Shown here: positions 45,169 through 50,500 of the stretch, one piece after another
Position numbering within the stretch: the stretch's first letter is position 1
How the letters are laid out: each line of letters opens with the position of its first letter
From: a virus
Taxonomy: Duplodnaviria; Caudoviricetes
DNA: 50,500 nt
Strand: one strand, 5' to 3'
Virus record (IMG/VR): IMGVR_UViG_3300020202_000093
Span: 1-50,500 of that record
Notes under the pieces: model-generated
The model's database searches: none
The model's input: the letters and a program-made list of their open reading frames with translations, nothing else
What the model was told of the DNA's origin: nothing
Translations under genes and position numbers: made by a program

Positions 45169-45540
45169 ATGGACCAACTGACCTTGCAGTTGCTGCCTGG
45201 CGTCGGCGTTCGTTATCGCTCGCTGCTGGAATCCATCGCCGCCGGCATGTACCAACGCGGGCTGAACCGCGTCTCCGCGATGATTGATTGCTCGCCATCG
45301 CATCTGTCCGAGAAGCTCGGCGGCGGCGGCGAGCGCAATCGGCACCTGAGCGTCGAGGACATGGAGCGGTACATCGCAGAGAGCGGCGACACGACGCCGA
45401 TCCTGTATCTCGCGGCCAAGTACTGCAGAGACCCGGCGGTGCAGCAGCGCGAGGCGCTGGCGCTGTTGCAGGAGCTGCTGCCACAGGTTGCCAGCGCGGT
45501 CGAGGCCGCAGGGCTCAAGCCGTCGAAGTCGCGCCGCTGA
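45169..45540 (+). CDS. CII-like HTH regulator
   Basis: VSAMIDCSPSHLSEKL....RHLSVED..RYI...GDTTPILYL; located between cro and the replication genes. Confidence 0.65.
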   Translation: MDQLTLQLLPGVGVRYRSLLESIAAGMYQRGLNRVSAMIDCSPSHLSEKLGGGGERNRHLSVEDMERYIAESGDTTPILYLAAKYCRDPAVQQREALALLQELLPQVASAVEAAGLKPSKSRR

Positions 45541-45541
45541 T

Positions 45542-45850
45542 ATGAGCCCGCAGATCCCCACCCGTAGCGTCTCAGGCGCTAGCCCGACAGTCAGTGCGGG
45601 CACACACAGCGACTCGCGCCTCGTTGCGCTCCTGAGCCCGCGCAGAGCTTTCTGCGCGGTGCGGCAGCGCATCGTCGATCTGGCTCGCGAATACCGCATC
45701 GCCTGTCTCGCCGCCAAATGCAACTGGCTTTTCGATCAAGGCCAGATCGCCGACGCGCAGGACGCATGGCTGGAAATGGCGGCGGAGATCCGAGCGCGTT
45801 CGCCGGAACAGGTCGCAAGGATGGAACGCGCCAAAGGGCTGCGTTCGTGA
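45542..45850 (+). CDS. Hypothetical protein
   Basis: AW.EM..EIRARSPEQVARMERAKGL motif. Confidence 0.6.
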   Translation: MSPQIPTRSVSGASPTVSAGTHSDSRLVALLSPRRAFCAVRQRIVDLAREYRIACLAAKCNWLFDQGQIADAQDAWLEMAAEIRARSPEQVARMERAKGLRS

Positions 45851-45950
45851 CGAATCCCGCCTCACCTCACGTCGGAGTAGCTACCGGCGGACAGCCCGAG
45901 TCCAGCGGGTTGGTGTGGGCGGTGCCTTCTGGATCGCTGGAGATTCAGGC

Positions 45951-46883
45951 GTGACGATTGACGCCAGGCTAGACGCGGGGCTCCCCTCGCACCCAAAGAC
46001 AAAGAAACTGATTCGCAGGCTCGGCCCGCAAGGCGGCTGGTATCTCGTCTGCTTGATCCTATGGACCCGCGTCCATCGTCCGGATGGGAATTTGGCCGGC
46101 ATGTCCGTAGAGGACATCGAACTCGCGATCGATTGGACTGGAGAGCACGGCTCCCTTGTTAGGGAGCTTGTCTCGGTCGGGTTTCTAGACGAGACCGACG
46201 ATGGGTTCGCGTTACACGATTGGGAGACCCATCAACCTTGGTCAACCGGGGCGGCTGACCGATCAGAACGGTCAAAATGGGCAGCCTTGTGCAAGCGGCA
46301 TGGTCGGTCTGAGGCTGCCCGGCGGATGCCGGAATACGCGCAACGGCTGCTAGCGGCAGAGGAAAACCATGCTAGCGGCACAGGAACGGCTGCCGCTAGC
46401 AGCGAAAATCCTGCCGCTAGCACCGAATGCGCTGCCGCTAGCAGCGAAAATCCTGCTAGCGGCATGCGACCGGCAAGCACCCCGCATGCGACCGGCAGGC
46501 AGTTAGCACTCGATGCGCTGCTAACGGGCGAAAACGGCAGTGCCCCGCTTCCGTCTCCGCTTCCGTCTCCATCTCCAAAAGAAAGAGCAAGCGCGCCGGC
46601 TGTGCCGTCGCGTGCGTTGCCAGATCCTCCCGATTGGATGCCGGCTGACAGCTGGGCTGGATTCGTGGAATCTAGGAAGAAGGCTAAGCATCCGCTGACC
46701 CCACGCGCAGCAGACCTGATCACGAAAAAACTTCTGCAGCTGTGGCAGGAGGGCCACGAACCTGCAGAAGTGCTTGACCAGTCCACACGCAACGGATGGC
46801 GGGACGTATTCCCGGTTCGCGAGTCGCGCCAAGGTGCCGTCAATGGCATTCAGCAACAGGCTCGCCGGCTGAGGGAACTGTGA
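45951..46883 (+). CDS. Replication initiator (O-like) containing the origin iterons
   Basis: HPKTKKL...LVSVGFLD...LHDW..HQPW N-terminal domain, repeat linker, and W.GF...RK...LDQSTRNGW..VF C-terminal domain. Confidence 0.8.
   Translation: MTIDARLDAGLPSHPKTKKLIRRLGPQGGWYLVCLILWTRVHRPDGNLAGMSVEDIELAIDWTGEHGSLVRELVSVGFLDETDDGFALHDWETHQPWSTGAADRSERSKWAALCKRHGRSEAARRMPEYAQRLLAAEENHASGTGTAAASSENPAASTECAAASSENPASGMRPASTPHATGRQLALDALLTGENGSAPLPSPLPSPSPKERASAPAVPSRALPDPPDWMPADSWAGFVESRKKAKHPLTPRAADLITKKLLQLWQEGHEPAEVLDQSTRNGWRDVFPVRESRQGAVNGIQQQARRLREL
46348..46497. repeat. Replication-origin iterons: six 11-bp TGCTAGCGGCA/TGCCGCTAGCA units at 21-22 bp spacing plus two GCATGCGACCGGCA
   Basis: Units at 46348, 46370, 46391, 46412, 46433 and 46454. 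Confidence 0.8.
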
Positions 46884-48319
46884 TGACCGCGCACCCCTCC
46901 ACGCTCCGCATCGCCCCGAACTCCATCGAAGCCGAGCAGGCTGTCCTCGGCGGCCTGCTGGTATCGCCGCAATCGTTCGAGCGCGTCGCTGCGCTGATCA
47001 GCGAGCAGGACTTTTACCGGCGTGATCACCAGCTGATCTTCCGCGCGATCGGCGAGATGGACGCGCGTGGCGCGATCCCCGATCAGGTCACGATGGCGGA
47101 ATGGTTCGTCGAACAGAAGCTTGACGAGATGATCGGCGGGGCCGACTACATCCTCGACCTGTGGAAGACGACTTGCAGCGCCGCGAACATCCTGACCTAT
47201 GCGCGGATCGTCGCCGAGAAGGCGAAGCTGCGGCGGGTAATCGATGGCTGTACGCGGGTGATCGAACTTGCGTTCGACCCGAAAGGGCGCAGCGCCGATG
47301 ATGTCGTGGATGGCGCGATCGGCGGGCTGATGGCGATGCAACGCCATCACGCGAACGTGGAATGGACGTTGAACCAGGCCGTGAAGATGGCCTATGGCGA
47401 GATCGTCAAGGCGCAGGACAACGGCGGAAAGCTACCTGGCTACCCGACTGGCCTGACGAAGCTGGACGAACACCTGGGCGGGCTGCATCGATCGGACCTG
47501 ACTGTGATCGGCGCGCGCCCCAGCATGGGCAAGACGGCGCTGCTGTTCGGCATGGCCTTCGAAGCCGCGAAGAGTGGTATCCCGGTCGGGATCATTTCCG
47601 GCGAGCAACCGGCAGTGCAGCTCGGCATGCGCATGCTCGCCCTGGCGAGCGACGTCAACAGCTCACGGATGCGCAATGCCTCGCTCGAGGAAGGCGACTG
47701 GCGGCGAATCAGCGAGGGCCTGACGGCGTGCAATGGTCTGCCGATCAAGATCCTCGATCGCTCAGCGCCGACGTTGGCGGAAGTGATGCGCACAGCACGT
47801 CGATGGCGGCGGGAAGGCGCTCTGTCGGCGCTGTACGTCGACTACCTGCAGCGCATCGAAGCGCCGGGTGAGAAGGGTTACGAGCGCGTCGCAGCGGTTG
47901 CCAAGGGCCTCAAGACGATTGCGCGCGACATGGACATTCCGGTCGTCGCGCTCGCGCAGGTTAAGCGCGAGGTCGAGCTGCGCGCGGATAAGCGTCCGCG
48001 CATGGGCGACATGTGCGACTCCAGCGAGATCGAGAAGGAAGCTGACCAGATCCTGACGCTGTACCGCGACGACTACTACGAACCGAATAGCCCGGACAAG
48101 GGCACGGCCGAGATTCTGATCGATAAGAACCGCCACGGCGAGACGGCGTTCTGTCGAGTTGCATGGCACGCGCGCACGATGCGTTTCGCTGATCTTGAGC
48201 CGGGCTGGAGGCGCAAAGAGCCCGAGCGTGAAGTTCAACCGGCAGAGACGGCGCCGCGCCGTGCGCGCCCGGTTCCGGTGAAGGCGAGCGGCCGAGATGC
48301 CGCAGCGAGCACAGCATGA
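46883..48319 (+). CDS. dnaB: DnaB-like replicative helicase
   Basis: EAEQAVLGGLL, GARPSMGKT, VDYLQ, IEKEADQI..LYRDDYY and KNRHG motifs. Confidence 0.93.
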   Translation: MTAHPSTLRIAPNSIEAEQAVLGGLLVSPQSFERVAALISEQDFYRRDHQLIFRAIGEMDARGAIPDQVTMAEWFVEQKLDEMIGGADYILDLWKTTCSAANILTYARIVAEKAKLRRVIDGCTRVIELAFDPKGRSADDVVDGAIGGLMAMQRHHANVEWTLNQAVKMAYGEIVKAQDNGGKLPGYPTGLTKLDEHLGGLHRSDLTVIGARPSMGKTALLFGMAFEAAKSGIPVGIISGEQPAVQLGMRMLALASDVNSSRMRNASLEEGDWRRISEGLTACNGLPIKILDRSAPTLAEVMRTARRWRREGALSALYVDYLQRIEAPGEKGYERVAAVAKGLKTIARDMDIPVVALAQVKREVELRADKRPRMGDMCDSSEIEKEADQILTLYRDDYYEPNSPDKGTAEILIDKNRHGETAFCRVAWHARTMRFADLEPGWRRKEPEREVQPAETAPRRARPVPVKASGRDAAASTA

Positions 48320-48837
48320 GCACGGCCGTAGAAAAGCTCCGCGCCAAGCGCGCCCGCCGGCCGGTGTACTTGATGGTCGAGCAGCTCGTTAGGCCGTCAA
48401 CGGGCGAGGTAGTCGGCGCGTTCGTGCCTGCGCATCCTATTGACCAGCGGCTGTGCAAGGAGCGGAAGTTCCACAAGGGCCGCGAGGTCCGTGCCGAGCT
48501 GAAGCAACCCCGCAACGTGGCGTTCCATCGCCTCGCTCACGCTGTCGGCCATCTGCTCGTCGATAGTGTTGCTGGTTTCGAATCGATGACCGCTCACGAT
48601 GCGCTCAAGCGCATACAGCGTGAGGCCGGCGTCTGCTGCGAGATGGTGGAGTTTGATGTTGGCGGGCAGAAGATCCCGGCTCAGATCGCGCGCTCACTTT
48701 CCTTTGATGAAATGGCCGAGGACGAGTTCGCCGAGTTCTTCCGCGGCGTCACCGACTACATCGAACGCGAATACCTCCCCGGACTGTGTGACGGCGTGCG
48801 GGCGGACTACTGGAGCATGGTGGAGAAAGCAGCATGA
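48316..48837 (+). CDS. DUF1367/NinB-like protein
   Basis: KQPRNVAFHR...RSLSFDEM.EDEF.EFF. Confidence 0.7.
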   Translation: MSTAVEKLRAKRARRPVYLMVEQLVRPSTGEVVGAFVPAHPIDQRLCKERKFHKGREVRAELKQPRNVAFHRLAHAVGHLLVDSVAGFESMTAHDALKRIQREAGVCCEMVEFDVGGQKIPAQIARSLSFDEMAEDEFAEFFRGVTDYIEREYLPGLCDGVRADYWSMVEKAA

Positions 48838-49157
48838 TCATCGACCTCGCCAAGCGCGAGCCTGTGCGAAGCGACGAATATCGCGCCTTCGTCCGCTCGC
48901 TCCCGTGCTGCGGCTGCGGTGTAACGCCTGCGGGCCACGCACACCACTGCATCAGCGATAGGCACGCTGCCCGAAAGGCCAGCGATACGGCGTGTATGCC
49001 GCTGTGCCCGATCTGCCATTCCGCACTGCATTCCGGATGGCGCGAGTGGGAGGCGGCGAACAATACGCAGTGGTTCCACGTGGCGCGGACGATCGAGCGC
49101 GCAGCGCAGCTCGGCGTGTTGGTGATCAATGTCGAGATGGCGAGGGCAGCGGCATGA
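48834..49157 (+). CDS. DUF968/HNH-like zinc-binding protein
   Basis: Y..FVRSLPCCGCG...AHH...KASD...MPLC..CH...H. Confidence 0.75.
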   Translation: MIIDLAKREPVRSDEYRAFVRSLPCCGCGVTPAGHAHHCISDRHAARKASDTACMPLCPICHSALHSGWREWEAANNTQWFHVARTIERAAQLGVLVINVEMARAAA

Positions 49158-49179
49158 GCAAGCCGGAAGGTGACGTGCA

Positions 49180-49482
49180 ATGAGCAACAGCCACAACGCC
49201 CTGGCCGTAGCCAACCTGATCCTCGCCCGTGACGCCGCAGGTCAGGCCAAGTACGGCACGACGATGGACCGGCAAGACCTGAAGCCGCACGCCTGGATCG
49301 ATCACATGATCGAAGAGATGGCCGATGGCATCCAGTACGGACAGAGGCTCAAGACAGAACTGCGCCGTATCGTCACCGCTGCGCACGATGCCGGCTATCA
49401 CAGCGGCTCGCTCGATCACTGCATCGGGCTGAGTCGTGATCGAACGCTAAAGCAACTGCTCGGCATCGAGGTGAAGGAATGA
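49180..49482 (+). CDS. Conserved phage protein (possible all-alpha NTP-pyrophosphatase fold)
   Basis: R...G..KYGTTMDR.DL....W..H..EE..D...Y. Confidence 0.6.
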   Translation: MSNSHNALAVANLILARDAAGQAKYGTTMDRQDLKPHAWIDHMIEEMADGIQYGQRLKTELRRIVTAAHDAGYHSGSLDHCIGLSRDRTLKQLLGIEVKE

Positions 49483-49982
49483 CACTGCGCCTCACCATAG
49501 CGATCGACCCAGGCCATACCGGCGCCGTCGCACTGCTGGCAGACGGCGAGCCCGCAGGCTTCATCGACATGCCGACCCTGCGCAGGGAAGGACAGCACGA
49601 GGTAGATGCAGCCGCTCTCGCTGAGGCGATCCGCAGCGCACGAGCAGCGCACAGCGGCGCGTACATATCGGCCGTCCTCGAACGCGTGCGTGCATTGCCG
49701 CGCGATGGCAAGACCAGCGTATTCCGGTTCGGTGAGGGATTCGGCAAGGTCAAGGCCGTGCTCGAAACCCTCGGCATCCGCATTCGCCTCGTCGATCCCC
49801 CGGTGTGGAAGCGCCACTACGGCCTGCTCAAGACTGAGAAGGACGCGGCCCGCCTACTTGCCATCCGCCGCTTCCCCAGCGCAGTCGACAAGCTTCAGCG
49901 CAAGAAGGACCAGGGCCGAGCCGACGCCTTGCTCATGGCGCTGTACCACGACAGCACCGAAGTCGGAGCACGCGCAGCATGA
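49479..49982 (+). CDS. RuvC-like Holliday junction resolvase
   Basis: IAIDPG.TGA, VLERV, F.FG..FG, P..WK and GRADALLMA motifs. Confidence 0.85.
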   Translation: MTLRLTIAIDPGHTGAVALLADGEPAGFIDMPTLRREGQHEVDAAALAEAIRSARAAHSGAYISAVLERVRALPRDGKTSVFRFGEGFGKVKAVLETLGIRIRLVDPPVWKRHYGLLKTEKDAARLLAIRRFPSAVDKLQRKKDQGRADALLMALYHDSTEVGARAA

Positions 49983-50287
49983 CCAAGCCTGTCAACATCG
50001 AAGCAGCACTGAGCACAGCAATCCTCACCATCTTGCCCAAGCTCACCAAGAACCCGCGGGACCTCTATCTGCTACCGTCTGGGAAGATCGTCACAAGCCA
50101 ATGCAGCTACATCTCCGATCGTTCCGAATACCTCGGCCGATACACCAACAGCGTCACTATCGAGGATCTGTGCGAGGACATCGCTCACGCATGGTTCGAT
50201 ATGCAAGAAAATCCGCCACCGCCATCGCGGATGCACGTCGTTCCTCGTGGTGTCGCCAGCCGTACGAACAGACTGGTGGCAATGTGA
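49979..50287 (+). CDS. Hypothetical protein
   Basis: ATGA-coupled to the resolvase gene. Confidence 0.5.
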   Translation: MTKPVNIEAALSTAILTILPKLTKNPRDLYLLPSGKIVTSQCSYISDRSEYLGRYTNSVTIEDLCEDIAHAWFDMQENPPPPSRMHVVPRGVASRTNRLVAM

Positions 50288-50345
50288 ACGACGTGAGGCG
50301 ATCGACGTTGAACGCAAACACGACCGTGGAGCCTCGTCTTGGAAC

Positions 50346-50390
50346 GGGTCCTTTCGACGGTCGGACGGGCTGCGGGGACAAAGGCCGCAG
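50346..50390 (+). other. Putative cos site: cosQ (GGGTCCT) plus a cosN-like dyad CTGCGG-N9-CCGCAG
   Basis: Lambda cosQ heptamer 17 bp before a dyad, upstream of terS; the contig start (base 2) maps to 50375, inside the dyad. Confidence 0.75.
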
Positions 50391-50500
50391 AACTCGCGCT
50401 CACATGGCCAGAAAAGTCGTATGACAGATGACACATGGAATGCAACCGCGACGAGTTTGCAGAACTGATCGGCCGTTCAACGGGATGGATCAGCAAGATG

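Noticed and set aside
43388-45484. 698-aa minus-strand ORF, and other long antisense ORFs such as 5337-6929, 7211-8611 and 16378-17556
   Set aside because: These are Arg/Ala-rich shadow frames of high-GC DNA overlapping well-supported genes.

Overview
The window is essentially one complete (~50.37 kb) temperate, lambda-like cos-packaging siphophage genome in its excised, circular form. Positions 2-127 repeat at 50375-50500, and the contig starts inside a cosN-like dyad. The host is probably a GC-rich proteobacterium, possibly Xanthomonadales (inference only). Layout: head genes with a misplaced Q-like gene (0.06-8.1 kb), lysis and virion accessory genes (8.2-13.8 kb), tail genes (13.8-25.5 kb), small accessory genes, and a large serine integrase whose 3' end contains a tRNA-fMet-like attP core (27.7-29.2 kb). 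These are followed by the leftward early operon, an orphan ParA moron, a CI/Cro switch with five operators, and replication/nin-like genes. The main discovery is a complete integron built into the distal end of the early-left operon. It has an intact IntI-family integrase (29701-30687), an attI-like crossover at 30755, eight intact 85-93 bp attC sites, one half site, one degenerate site and nine cassettes. Unlike canonical integrons, every cassette ORF is inverted relative to its attC and is co-directional with intI and the phage PL transcript. The attC sites themselves carry in-frame C-terminal tails, stop codons and sometimes the next start codon. It looks like a phage-adapted cassette-shuffling system for accessory genes. 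All calls come from reading the sequence by eye; no searches were run.
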